Assembly (NCBI GenBank): GCA_963833125.1
Contig: CAWHWX010000016.1
Span: 32,001 to 96,000, forward strand
Origin: Candidatus Bathyarchaeota archaeon
GTDB lineage: Archaea; Thermoproteota; Bathyarchaeia; 40CM-2-53-6
Direction: 5' to 3'
DNA: 64,000 nt
Position numbers and translations under genes: made by a program. The notes beneath the pieces are model-generated. The model worked only from the letters and a program-made list of their open reading frames with translations. It had not been told where the DNA came from and did no database searches. Positions 1 to 10,046 of the stretch are shown here, piece by piece (the stretch's first letter is position 1; every line of letters begins with the position of its first letter).

Positions 1-135
1 ATGCAAAAAGCAGGCTAACCAGATCCTGAGGTCCCACGGAAAACCGTACAATTTCCACCACGCCCAGGCGACGAAGAACGGATGAATCAGGATGCAATGC
101 ACGCCAAAAATCACACTCTTGGTTCCCACTTTCAT
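1..135 (-). CDS. Phage/ICE-type hypothetical protein, N-terminal part only (possible HD-motif protein)
   Basis: Manual translation MKVGTKSVIFGVHCILIHPFFVAWAWWKLYGFPWDLRIWLACFLH runs off the window edge. Its ATG overlaps the TGA of the upstream ORF (ATGA coupling). Confidence 0.65.
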   Translation of the reverse strand, partial: MKVGTKSVIFGVHCILIHPFFVAWAWWKLYGFPWDLRIWLACFLH

Positions 136-314
136 GGCTCGATACTCACTTTGCTCTCAATCAGACTGGCGCCCGCGTCGTGTTCTGTCGCAGGGACCTT
201 TTCAACCGCCCAGAGCAGGACCGTTTGCGCGTCCCCGAGCGCGCGCATTAGTTCCCGCCAGGTCGCGCATTCGGCCCCGAACTGCGACGCGGAATACCAG
301 CTCAAGCTCGACAT
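132..314 (-). CDS. Small hypothetical protein
   Basis: 60-aa ORF, translationally coupled to the next gene, in the same leftward operon. Confidence 0.5.
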   Translation of the reverse strand: MSSLSWYSASQFGAECATWRELMRALGDAQTVLLWAVEKVPATEHDAGASLIESKVSIEP

Positions 315-326
315 CGCCGATGGGAG

Positions 327-980
327 TCACGTTTGCGCCTCGGAAACTGTCGTCTCAGTCTTTCGCTCATCGTCCTCGGGTCTACGGAGGTAGTGAGCAT
401 GCACACAGCCGACGCAGTTCGTCGCTCCGGTAAGAGCCTTTACAACTGTCTCTAATTCCGACGGAACAGTTAGCGCTTCGCCCGCCCGAGACAAGAAGGC
501 CGGTATGACTGAGCCTCGTTTCTCCCTGTGCTGCTTCACCAGGTCCAAAGCAAGGTAGCCTTCGTGCGCCCGGAACAGGATTTTGCTTTCCAATGACGGT
601 CGCTTTCCGTCTTGTGCGGCTCCGGGAGCGTGGTGAGTAATCAGGAGGCTGTAGGTGTGGCCCGTCCGGAACATCTCTACGCGAACGAAGCTCGGAGCAA
701 TCACCAAGGCATGAACGCCATTGAAGCCCACCGAGTCGAGTGGATGGATCCATCCGAGCCGTTCGCCCCCTTCACCGCAAAAGGTCACGTAATGCCCGAA
801 TTGTTCGACCGCGCCACCGGACTCGATCCCCCGAACTACATAGCGATTCGCCAAGTGCTGGTGTTCGAGACTCACCGCAGGCCGTGCGGAGATTCCAACT
901 TCCATCAACCGTCGCAGCCCACGCCGCGGAAGGGTTAATCCCTGGCGAGCCTCGTCGCGCCCTTTGGTGCTACTCCTCAT
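327..980 (-). CDS. Hypothetical protein (C-terminal CxxC-H-H cluster)
   Basis: 217-aa ORF with AGGAGG RBS; ends in CVGCVHAHY. Confidence 0.75.
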   Translation of the reverse strand: MRSSTKGRDEARQGLTLPRRGLRRLMEVGISARPAVSLEHQHLANRYVVRGIESGGAVEQFGHYVTFCGEGGERLGWIHPLDSVGFNGVHALVIAPSFVRVEMFRTGHTYSLLITHHAPGAAQDGKRPSLESKILFRAHEGYLALDLVKQHREKRGSVIPAFLSRAGEALTVPSELETVVKALTGATNCVGCVHAHYLRRPEDDERKTETTVSEAQT

Positions 981-1025
981 GCTTACCTCCTTGCAGCGGA
1001 CTGAACTCCCAGTGCCGATCCGCTG

Positions 1026-1310
1026 TCACGCGGTCGGCTGTAATGTCTCTAATTCCCTCACTCGATCCAGCTCAGCCATGGCATCTGCGGGAGTGAGGCC
1101 GTCGGGGTCGGAGCCGCGCTGGTAGCACCGGCCTTCGGAATCCAGCCGCAGATACTGACGCGTGCGGATGTGCTTGTAGAACTCAACCCCTGCCTCGCGC
1201 CACATCCACATAAACTCGTGACACCCATCGGTCCCGACGAGTAGTTCAAGCGGTTTCCAGTTCGGATTTTCAAATGTCTTCTCAGCCATGGTCTCCTCGC
1301 TGTACGACAT
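1026..1310 (-). CDS. Hypothetical protein
   Basis: 94-aa ORF coupled to the primase gene; likely start MAEKTF behind GAGGAG. Confidence 0.7.
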   Translation of the reverse strand: MSYSEETMAEKTFENPNWKPLELLVGTDGCHEFMWMWREAGVEFYKHIRTRQYLRLDSEGRCYQRGSDPDGLTPADAMAELDRVRELETLQPTA

Positions 1311-2307
1311 CGGTGTTCGGCCTGGGGCATCCCACCGAAGTCCTGATCATGTCTTTCGTGCATCCAGCCCAACATATGTACTTGCGCGGGTCGTCGATCG
1401 AGATCGACAGGTTGTCACCGCTGCGGTCATGGCCGCCTTCGGCACACGACGGGCACTGAGTCACGTAGTTCCGCCCCACACGACGGAGCTTGGTTGAGAT
1501 GTGGTCAAGAATCCGAAACTCCGGTCCTCCCGTCCTGGGCCTGAACTCGGGTTCCGGCTTCGGTGGCGCAAGTTGAGGCGGAATCGCCTTCCCCACAATC
1601 AGCTTGGCGAGTTGTTCGCCTGAAACCTTCGCGAGCGAAGTGAGGTAATGCATCTGGTTTTCGAGCACGTAGTCAGCGCCGTAAAACCAGAAGCGCTTAG
1701 CTGCTCCTCGGTGAATGCCGAGCGGCCCGCGGATAGCATTGCCGTATTCGCCTGGCTTCAGCTCGTCGTGCTTGGGAAAGATCTCGATACCCTCGCGCAA
1801 CCCGGCGCCCTTCACGGGCATGCCAAGTCGCAGGGCAAGGTCATATACGTAGATCCGGCAATCTCGGGCCGGCAAGGGTTCCTGCATGAAGATCCAGAGA
1901 TGCCCGCCGCGATTGCTTTTCTCGAACGCCGAATCAACGCCGTCCTGCTTGAGGTAGTAGGCCAGCTTGATGAGGTCTGCCATCGCCTCTTTGTAGTCGG
2001 CGTCGATTGCTACCCACTTGCACCGCTGAGTGGAGGGATTGATGGCATAAAGGCCAATGGTGATGTCGCCCTCGATGTGGCGCTGGATGGTATCGAGCGT
2101 CAGGCCGAGCCCCTCGCCGGTTTTCTTGTCGGTAGGGCGGTAATAATAATGACGGTTGCTTTCCGGCTGCGGTCGGTCGGACTGCATGGTGAAGGCGCGC
2201 CGGTTAACGAAAAGGCGGGAGTAGTCCGCCGCAACGCCAGCGGGCGCTTTGAGACGGTATCTCCGCATCATTTCCTCCCGATAGTCTGGTGGTCGCCACT
2301 TCTCCAT
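1282..2307 (-). CDS. Archaeo-eukaryotic primase (AEP, TOTE-primase-like) with C-terminal Zn-binding domain
   Basis: AEP motifs GLY...WVAIDAD, EKSNRGGHLWIF, IEIFPK, GNAIRGPLG; C-terminal CPSC...H...CWAGC. Start is uncertain (2307 or 2268-2271). Confidence 0.85.
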   Translation of the reverse strand: MEKWRPPDYREEMMRRYRLKAPAGVAADYSRLFVNRRAFTMQSDRPQPESNRHYYYRPTDKKTGEGLGLTLDTIQRHIEGDITIGLYAINPSTQRCKWVAIDADYKEAMADLIKLAYYLKQDGVDSAFEKSNRGGHLWIFMQEPLPARDCRIYVYDLALRLGMPVKGAGLREGIEIFPKHDELKPGEYGNAIRGPLGIHRGAAKRFWFYGADYVLENQMHYLTSLAKVSGEQLAKLIVGKAIPPQLAPPKPEPEFRPRTGGPEFRILDHISTKLRRVGRNYVTQCPSCAEGGHDRSGDNLSISIDDPRKYICWAGCTKDMIRTSVGCPRPNTDVVQRGDHG

Positions 2308-2314
2308 AGTGGCT

Positions 2315-2349
2315 GTGGTAAAACGAGAAATATTTTCTGTCAAACGGCC
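2315..2349 (-). promoter_or_regulatory. Sigma70-like promoter upstream of the primase gene (shared motif, copy 1)
   Basis: gccgtTTGACA-gaaaatatttctcgttt (17 nt)-TACCAC; near-identical -35 region at 24825-24858. Confidence 0.55.
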
Positions 2350-2471
2350 GACAGGCGATTGGATAGAGGGCGTGTTTTCAGTTGGTTACGGCGAGCCCCT
2401 GGAAAGAGGCCCCAATCACCGATTAGAAAATCGCTTCTCAGGAGGAGTACACGCGGGTGGCTTGGGGCGGC

Positions 2472-2828
2472 TTATCCGGCCCCACCCACCAAATTCGTTG
2501 GCTGGCGAAATAGCGCCGGGCTTCCCACCAATCTGAAAAAGTGGCACTGGTTGGTGAGAACGTCGAACTCGTCCGCACTGTACCCACCGTAGTTCTGATC
2601 CTCAAAATCCACCCACAGCCAGGCACAGCGTTTCCGGTCGTACACGTATACCGCTCCCCCATCGGGAGAGTCTTCGTGCGCAACAAGAACCACCAAAGCC
2701 GCTGGGAACTGGAACCAGCGAAGGACCTTTGGAAAGTCTGCGAACTCCAAGAGTCGCGCAACTGCTTGGTCGAGCGTTTCCTTCTTGCTTAGTTCGAACA
2801 ACTGACTGATTTGCACTTGGCCGAACAT
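2472..2828 (-). CDS. Hypothetical protein
   Basis: 118-aa ORF with strong AAGGAG RBS. Confidence 0.75.
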   Translation of the reverse strand: MFGQVQISQLFELSKKETLDQAVARLLEFADFPKVLRWFQFPAALVVLVAHEDSPDGGAVYVYDRKRCAWLWVDFEDQNYGGYSADEFDVLTNQCHFFRLVGSPALFRQPTNLVGGAG

Positions 2829-2961
2829 TTTTTGTTCTCCTTTTCAATTTCAGGATTCGTCATACTGCCAAGACCGATTAGCGCTCTTCCTCAGCCACCC
2901 TGCCGTGATTTCATGCCCGGAGAGAGCGCTGGGTTCACGGATGAACTGAAATAGAGAGGGA

Positions 2962-3019
2962 CTGGAGCGCCGACAAACGTGCGCCGGTCCAAAGCGCACG
3001 GGTTCAGTCGGCGCTCCAG
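2962..3019. repeat. Long imperfect inverted repeat / stem-loop
   Basis: ctggagcgccgac...gtcggcgctccag (13 bp) enclosing cgtgcgc/gcgcacg (7 bp). Confidence 0.8.
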
Positions 3020-3087
3020 CGTGGGGTAGGATTTGAGGCAGGGCGTACAGCGGGGTACTTGAGGTTTCAGTGTGAAGAAGGTCGGTG

Positions 3088-4337
3088 TTAGTGAGCCGGT
3101 TCGCCAGCGGACGAGGTCATCAATTCGACAGCCGCGCGCAGCTTGGGTGTGTCGGCCTCCGTGAGCCGGCCGATGTCGCCGTACTTGAAGGTGCCCTTAC
3201 TCGCCTGTTCAACCACATGACCGATCGGCCGATTTGTCGCTGTGGCCATGCGACGCGCCGCCGTCAGGAACTCATTCCGCAATTGGTTGAACCCAACAGC
3301 GGGAGCCGATCCGTTGCCATTGCTTTTCGCAGCAGGCGCAGTGGGCTGGTCACGTTTCCCTGATCCATTGCCGTTAGCTCCCACATCGGGATTTGACGGG
3401 GGCGTGGATCTTGATTCCGCTTCCGATCCCGACACAACAGTGGACTTGACACCATCAGGCGTTGTACCAACGGAAGCTCCGTTTCCACCATTGGCTTGTT
3501 CGGTCGAAGCGCCATTCGCCGATCCGGGGTAGAACTCTCCTGCAATCTCCGGCGCCTGCTCTTGTTCATCCTCGACGACTTCAAGAATCTTGCCGCCAGA
3601 CCCGAGCAGCTTGCGAGTCTCGGCAAACAGCCGGGCGTTCTCGGTAAGGTTGGCGATGAGTTTCTGCATGTCATCGCCTTCGACTTCCAGGCTCAGAGCC
3701 CAGATGGAAGTTGTCTTCTTCCGCTTTTCCTTGCGGTCGAAATAAGAGACCTCCTCCGGACGAACGGTGAGTTTGCCGGTGATTCCGGCGAGCCGCCCGC
3801 CTGTGAAGGTTTGGATCTCTTGCAAGGCGGAGTGGATTTGCCGGATGGAACGGTAGGAGTCGTGTGAATGCGGCAGACACTCCCTAACCGAGGGAAGTCG
3901 GCCAGCACAAAGCGCAGGTCACCACTCGGCTTGCACTGGCCTGCGGCAAGCTCTGGACATCCGTTGCCGCATGGAGTCCACGGCTGCCCGCCGGGCTTCT
4001 CGGACGTGCGCCGGATTGCCGAGGCACCGTCACCCGAACACTTCCGCTCGGTGGCCGTCCACCAGGCGTAGGAACTCAGGAAGACGTTCTCAATGTCATC
4101 GTCAATCAGCATGATGTGAAGCTCCCGGCACTGCTCGCCATAGTGCTGGATAAGTTCGGGGTCAGGCTCCCACTCGACTCCACCGGCCGTCTTCCTTTTG
4201 CGCAGGAAGACAAAGTGGTCGAGTTTGGTGGGATGGTTGCGATCACCATTCGGCGGCAGGCCGATGGAGACCTTGGTTGAAACCGACAGCCGCTGAACAA
4301 CACGGCCATCCTGGTCGTGAGTGACACCAATGATCAT
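3088..4337 (-). CDS. Recombination directionality factor-like (phiC31 gp3-like) protein; one frameshift near 3850
   Basis: Joined ORFs 3693-4337 and 3088-3825; motifs KVSIG..P..LDHFVF, C..DG, CxxxC, CKPSGDLRFVL, GSVCRIHTT, GGRLAGI; low-complexity C-terminal linker. Confidence 0.7.
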
Positions 4338-4513
4338 GTGAATTCCTCCTTTTCAAATACACCTGCGAGGCCAAGGGTCAGCCCCAATCTACCCATAGCT
4401 AATCTTCTCTAATATCCGTTCCAGTTGTCTGCGGGCATCTTGTCCTGTGTGAGAAATAGGCATGGCTTGCATTTTCCTCTTGTAGTAGATGATCTATGGG
4501 AGTATAAGGGCAC

Positions 4514-4869
4514 ATGCCAAAGAAAGGTTCACCTCCGCTGGAAGGCGAGCTGCTCCAGGGCACGCTCGACCTGTTGATTCTGCAAACGCTGGTGCTGGGT
4601 CCCGCGCACGGGCACACCATCGCCTACGCCATCGAACACCGCTCCGAAGATGTCCTGCAAGTCGAGCACGGCTCGCTCTATCCCGCACTGCACCGGCTGG
4701 AGGACCGCGGCTGGATTGCCTCGTTCTGGGGCACTTCGGAAAACAACCGCCGGGCGCGCTACTACCGGCTGACGCCCGCGGGCCGCAAGCAATTGGCCCA
4801 TCAAACCAGCCGCTGGGAAGAAATGGTGCGCGCCATCAACCGCGTGCCTGCGGTCCGGCAGAGGAATAG
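4514..4869 (+). CDS. PadR-family transcriptional regulator (acidobacterial type); frameshifted tail
   Basis: [50 protein letters not shown]. Confidence 0.93.
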
Positions 4870-4872
4870 AAC

Positions 4873-7504
4873 GTGGAATTTGATTTTCTTCGACGCTTCC
4901 GCCGTTTCTTTCGCCGCACGTATTGGGATAAGGAGCGAGCGCGTGAGCTCGAAGCCTATCTCGAAATCGAGACCGACGAGAACATCGCGCGAGGCATGTC
5001 GCCGGAAGAGGCGCGCTACGCTGCGCACCGCAAGCTGGGCAACACCACATTGATCCGAGAGGAGATCTTTCAGATGAACAGCCTCGGTTGGCTTGAAACC
5101 CTGCTGCAGGACCTTCAGCTTCGGGTTACGTCAGTTGCGCCGCAATCCCGGCTTAACCGCCGTGGCCGTCATCACGCTGGCGCTCGGCATTGGCGGGAAC
5201 ACGGCGATGTTCAGCGTGATTGAGGCGGTATTGCTGCGGCCGTTGCCATATAGCCACGCTAGGGAGCTTGCGCGCGTGGCTTCGACATGGGAGCGGGACG
5301 GGGTCACGACAACTTACTCCTCATCGCCGCCTGACTTCTTCGACTGGCGCGATCAAAACCGGTCCTTCTCGTCGATGTTTGCGTACTACATCGGCGAATA
5401 CGCTCTGACGGGACAGGGCGAAACGAAGCGGGTGCGCGCTGTGCTCGCAACCACCGGGTTATTTTCCACACTCGAAGCGCATCCACTCGTGGGACGCGAA
5501 TTCATGGCGGACGAGAATCGCAAAGGCGCAAATCACGTGGTGGTGTTGAGCTACGGATTGTGGCAAGCGGATTTTGGCGGCATGCCCGACGCCATCGGAA
5601 AAACGATCCAACTGGATAGCGAACCTTACACCGTGATCGGCGTCATGCCAGCCGAGTTCGGATTTCCTCTGCAAACCGGTGATCTTTTTATGCCTATTGG
5701 GTTCGACGACAAAGTGATGACGCAACGGGGCGCCCATTACGTGCGCGTGCTGGGACGGCTCAAAAGCGGAGTCTCGCTGGCCCAGGCGAATGACGATCTG
5801 GCGGGAATCATGGCGCAACTCCGGAAGCTATATCCCGATAAGGATGAGAAATGGGGCGTGCGCGCTGAACTTTGGAGCAGCGCCCTGGTGGGCGAAATTC
5901 GTCCCGCGTTGCTTATGCTCCTCGGGGCGGTGGGCGTGCTGGCGCTGGTTGCCTGCGCGAACGTCTCCAACTTGCTCCTGGCACGCGCGGCTGCGCGACA
6001 TCGGGAATTTGCTCTGCGGATCGCACTGGGAGCGCGGCGCTCGCGGCTGGTTTGCCAGACGCTGACCGAGGGACTGTTGCTGGCGCTGCTGGCCACGGCG
6101 GCGAGCCTGCTGGCGGCGCACTGGGCGCTGATGGCGATCGTGCGCTTTGGGCCGAAAGACATCCCGCGGCTGTCGAGTGCCGGGCTGAACCCCGAGGTGC
6201 TGGTGTTTACCATGGGCGTTGCGGTGGCGAGCGCGATGTTCTTCGGGTTGATTCCGGCGTTGCGGTCATCGGGGACGGGCATCAGCGGCCTGCTGAAGAT
6301 TTCCGCTTCTTCGCAAGAGGCGGGACACGCTCGCAGCGCGCTCCTGATTGCGGAAGTAGGCCTGTCGATGACTCTCCTGGCAGGCGCGGGCTTGCTGGTT
6401 CGCAGCTTCGTTCGACTGAGTTCACTCGACCCGGGCTTTAACGCCAAGGACGTATTGACTCTGGACATCACGGTGCCCGACGCCCATTACAAGAACAGCC
6501 TTGCGCTCCAAAACTACTGGGACCAGGTGTTGGGCAAGCTGCGAGGTGTGCCAGGCGTAGCTTCAGTCGGTGTGGTGACACCTTTGCCCTTGTCCGGCGA
6601 CGACTTCAGCAGCAGCTTCCGGGTGGAGGGTACAAGCGTACCTGAGAAGGATGAGCCGTCGGGAGACGTGCGCTTCGCCAGTCCCGATTATTTCCGCACC
6701 ATGGACATTCCGTTGCGGCGGGGTCGTGTGTTTACAGATGCCGACCGTGTGGGAGCGGTCCGGGTTGTGCTGATCAGCGAGACTGCCGCGCGGAAGTTTT
6801 TCCCCGCGGGTGACGCAATCGGACACAAGGTCATATTTGGCGCGAGCGGCGGATACGAAAAAAATCAGGGAGAGATCGTAGGCATTGTCGGCGATGTGCG
6901 TCATTTTGGACTGGATGCGCCAATCCCGCCAATCTTCTATGTGCCTCTGGCGCAGGCGGGGATGGATGGTGCGACGGTTGTGCTGCGCGCCCATCAGTCG
7001 CCGGCCGGGCTGGGTCAACCGGCGCGGAGACTGGTACAAGCCATCGACCGTAACGCGCTGGTGGGGGAGCCGGTCCTGCTGGAGACACTAGCTGCCGAAT
7101 CGCTGGGGAAGCGGCGGTTCTATATGCTGCTACTCGGCGCATTCGCCGCCTTGGCCCTGACCTTGGCGGCGGTCGGGCTTTTTGGTGTCGTCTCGTACTC
7201 TGTGGCGCAAAGAACCCGGGAGATCGGCATCCGCGTGGCGCTGGGCGCGACGCGCCGGGAAATACTGTCGATGGTGATGGGCCAGGGACTGCGATTGGCA
7301 GGCTTTGGGTTGGCCGCGGGGCTGCTGCTGGCGCTGGTTCTGAACCGCACCATAAAAGGACTATTGGTTGGCGTGAGTACGACCGATCCGTTGACGTTGG
7401 CTCTTACAGCGATCATGCTGCTTTTGGTGTCGCTGTTGGCAAGCTATATCCCCGCCCGCCGGGCGACGAAGGTCGATCCCATGGTGGCGCTGCGGTATGA
7501 ATAA
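4873..7504 (+). CDS. ADOP-type duplicated ABC permease (MacB/FtsX-like); frameshift near 5115
   Basis: N-terminal [24 protein letters not shown]; [14 protein letters not shown]; [12 protein letters not shown]; [14 protein letters not shown]; ends [17 protein letters not shown]. Confidence 0.93.
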
Positions 7505-7776
7505 TGGCTAGTGGTTGACGCAAGCTACGTTGGCCAACTTTCGCGGCGCTTCACAAGTTCAACAAGGGCCCCGCGGAACACGTTCGCTCTAATGGACGTC
7601 GCGATCACTCTCTTGTAGGGCTTCTCTCTGCTGCCTACGCCTCCGGATTCATACATGGCCCAGCGGTACACTCCCTGCATCAGCTCGGCGTACTCTCCAA
7701 TGATCCCCGCAACATCATCTCACGGGAAGTCACAGCATCGGACTTTCCGAGATTCTCTTAAATGCCACTCAGGCGA

Positions 7777-7808
7777 GCGTGTCGTTTTTCAGCAGAAAAA
7801 CGACACGC
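7777..7808. repeat. Perfect 14-bp inverted repeat next to the Replic_Relax gene (oriT candidate or bidirectional terminator)
   Basis: gcgtgtcgtttttc-agca-gaaaaacgacacgc. Confidence 0.7.
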
Positions 7809-7924
7809 GGTCGGTACTAGTCAAGGCCCAACCGATTGGTTCGACAGGACATATCAGGCGGTTTGTGAAGGCAAGGTCATCGCAACGTCAAGGCAATGTC
7901 GCGGCAATACCCGCTCTGGATCGA

Positions 7925-8689
7925 TTACCTAAGCGCTTCTCGGAGGGTTGAATTTCGCTCGGTATGGGGGTTCAACACAGGCATGTCCAAAAGCTTTTCA
8001 TGCCACGACTGTGCGAGTCCGAAGAATAGGGGTAACTCAACACGCCAGAAGAAGCCGGCCACGAAACTCAACAGGTCGCGGTTGGGAACGAGGTAGAGTA
8101 TCCGTTCAACGGCGCGCTCGCTCTCAAGCCTCTTCGCGATCTCCGTGTAGTGTCTCCGGCTTTTCGGCGTGCGCTCGTACTCCAGGGCAAAGCGAGCCGA
8201 TCGGCCATCGAGTGCCACCGTCACCAGGGCATCGTAGTCCTTGGCGAACCCGAAGGGCGTGAGCTCGTTCCGGGAGCGGATCTCTGTTTCGCCGACCCAG
8301 AGAATCTCCATGCCTGCTCGCAGAAGCTGGAGGCGGAGGTCATTGAGCTCGACGGCGTGCATCACCTTGAGCTCGCGGTCGCGCGCGCCGCGCGGGGATG
8401 GAAGTGGCACGAAGCACTCCCCTGAGCCTTGGAGGAAGAGACTTCCACTCGGGGAGATCGTGTAGATGGACTCCGCGCGTAGGGCTGCGGTCTCGAGTTT
8501 AACCACCACGCCGTGATTCACGAGGCGCCGGAGCCTCCAGTCGAACACCCTGCGGTCACGCTCGTATCCGCCGCGCCTCATGAACTCGAACAGTTGTGAG
8601 TGCGTGACGAACTGTGAGCGGACGACCTGCTGGAGAAGAGGAAAGTCATGTGCCTGGCCGAGAGCGATCGCTCCCTTTGAGTAGCGCAT
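7925..8689 (-). CDS. Replication-relaxation (Replic_Relax) family protein, putative relaxase
   Basis: N-terminal wHTH-like region (RLRRLVNHG), MHAVELNDL, PD-(D/E)xK-like KDYDALV and FALEYERTPKSRRHY; last gene of the transfer operon. Confidence 0.8.
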   Translation of the reverse strand: MRYSKGAIALGQAHDFPLLQQVVRSQFVTHSQLFEFMRRGGYERDRRVFDWRLRRLVNHGVVVKLETAALRAESIYTISPSGSLFLQGSGECFVPLPSPRGARDRELKVMHAVELNDLRLQLLRAGMEILWVGETEIRSRNELTPFGFAKDYDALVTVALDGRSARFALEYERTPKSRRHYTEIAKRLESERAVERILYLVPNRDLLSFVAGFFWRVELPLFFGLAQSWHEKLLDMPVLNPHTERNSTLREALR

Positions 8690-8693
8690 CCGC

Positions 8694-9236
8694 CTATGCC
8701 TCACAGTTGACCGCGAGTTCGAGCCGAGCCCGGCACGGCTCTCCGGCCACGGGCTCAAGGCTGTACGTCCCCACCGAGGTTCGGACCCTGCCATGTCCTG
8801 CCATGAGCATCATGGCCTCTTGATCGTCTCGCCACCCGCTCAAGGCGATGACCCAAACGTCGGGCGTGCTCCAGTCCGGCTCGCCAACCTGAAGGCGACC
8901 CACGTCGCGTGACCTCAGCACCACGAGGTAGCGATCGGGCTCAGCCCCGAAGGGAAGCAAGGTCTTGAAGAGGATCTTGTTCTGGCCCTGCCATACGCAG
9001 GGCTCCCCACATTCGAATACACGGCCGATCATCCTCTGTGGGGAGTTGGGATCGAACCCACCCATGCCATTGAACCGCACATGGCCGAGAATGCGAGGCC
9101 GGGTGCGCAGGGCGCCGTTGACCATCACGCCAGTCGTGTTGTAGTAGGCGGTGCGCGCGAACCGCCTCGGATCACGAGGGTCGTTCCTCACCCGCCGCCT
9201 CCACACACTCCCAAACGCCAGAACGCTCACGACCAT
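8694..9236 (-). CDS. Hypothetical protein (transfer region)
   Basis: 180-aa ORF with GGAGGAG RBS, in operon. Confidence 0.75.
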   Translation of the reverse strand: MVVSVLAFGSVWRRRVRNDPRDPRRFARTAYYNTTGVMVNGALRTRPRILGHVRFNGMGGFDPNSPQRMIGRVFECGEPCVWQGQNKILFKTLLPFGAEPDRYLVVLRSRDVGRLQVGEPDWSTPDVWVIALSGWRDDQEAMMLMAGHGRVRTSVGTYSLEPVAGEPCRARLELAVNCEA

Positions 9237-9239
9237 GGC

Positions 9240-10046
9240 TCAGACTCCTCCCTTCAGGCGCTTGTTCTTCTCCCGCTCCGCGTGGAGTTGTTGTTGGAGG
9301 CTATTGATGTGCCGGACCAGCTCGGTCGGGGAAGTGGGCTGGACATCGGGAGGGGCGGAACCCTGTCCGTTCCCGCCTAATCGGCCGCTCAGTGCATCGA
9401 TGCGAAGGGAGAGGTCGGTGACCAACGCCGCTTTCTGAGCGAGCTCATCCTCGAGCCTTTTCTTATCGGCTCCTAGCGCGCTGATCTGGCCCTTGGCCTC
9501 GTCGAGGTCCATGCGGAGGCTCGAAGCTTCGGAATTCCCTCCCAGCGCCGAGGACTCGCCGGCACCCGAAGCCTCGATAGCCCGGTTGCAAAGCTCGATG
9601 TGCTCGTTGTATTGGCGGATCGCTTCTCGCGCCACCTGCCGGGAGGAAGCGTCGTGCGCCCGGACCTGGTCCATCTGCTCGCCCATGATCCGCTTCTCCC
9701 GCTTCCGGTCATATCGGGACTTTACGTAGGCCGCGAAAGAGAGGAGAGCTGCGAGCGAGACCCAAAGGCTGTACCAGAAGAAAGGACTCTCGACGGACGC
9801 ATTGACGAAGGCTTCACGCCGGGTCCGGTACCAGGAACCTAAGTCCACGTCGCGTGGGTTGAGTTCGTGGAACATGAACTCGTACCAGGTCTGGCCGCGC
9901 TCATAGAGAGGACGAGGTGACGGAGAAGCTCGGCGCAAAGACGCCCGTGCCGCGTTTGGATCACCTGCACGCGGGGGCTTGTGCTGCCCAAGAGCCGGCG
10001 CACTGACGACGCAGACAAAAAGGATAATTCGGAGCGCTCGGGTCAT
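9240..10046 (-). CDS. Membrane-anchored coiled-coil protein
   Basis: Signal peptide, one TM segment, long heptad-rich tail; ATGA-coupled to virD4. Confidence 0.75.
   Translation of the reverse strand: MTRALRIILFVCVVSAPALGQHKPPRAGDPNAARASLRRASPSPRPLYERGQTWYEFMFHELNPRDVDLGSWYRTRREAFVNASVESPFFWYSLWVSLAALLSFAAYVKSRYDRKREKRIMGEQMDQVRAHDASSRQVAREAIRQYNEHIELCNRAIEASGAGESSALGGNSEASSLRMDLDEAKGQISALGADKKRLEDELAQKAALVTDLSLRIDALSGRLGGNGQGSAPPDVQPTSPTELVRHINSLQQQLHAEREKNKRLKGGV

Noticed and set aside
1648-2592. Long antisense ORFs (e.g. 1648-2592, 13338-14156, 14659-15447, 21118-22023)
   Set aside because: Shadow frames of real genes in GC-rich DNA; no motifs or RBS
4392-4500. Inverted pair cccatagctaatct / agatgatctatggg as dual PadR operators
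   Set aside because: Imperfect match; only the copy near the padR start is plausibly an operator, and it cannot be supported further
7520-7740. Short open frame on the minus strand downstream of the ADOP gene
   Set aside because: No clear start, RBS or recognisable motif; possibly a gene remnant
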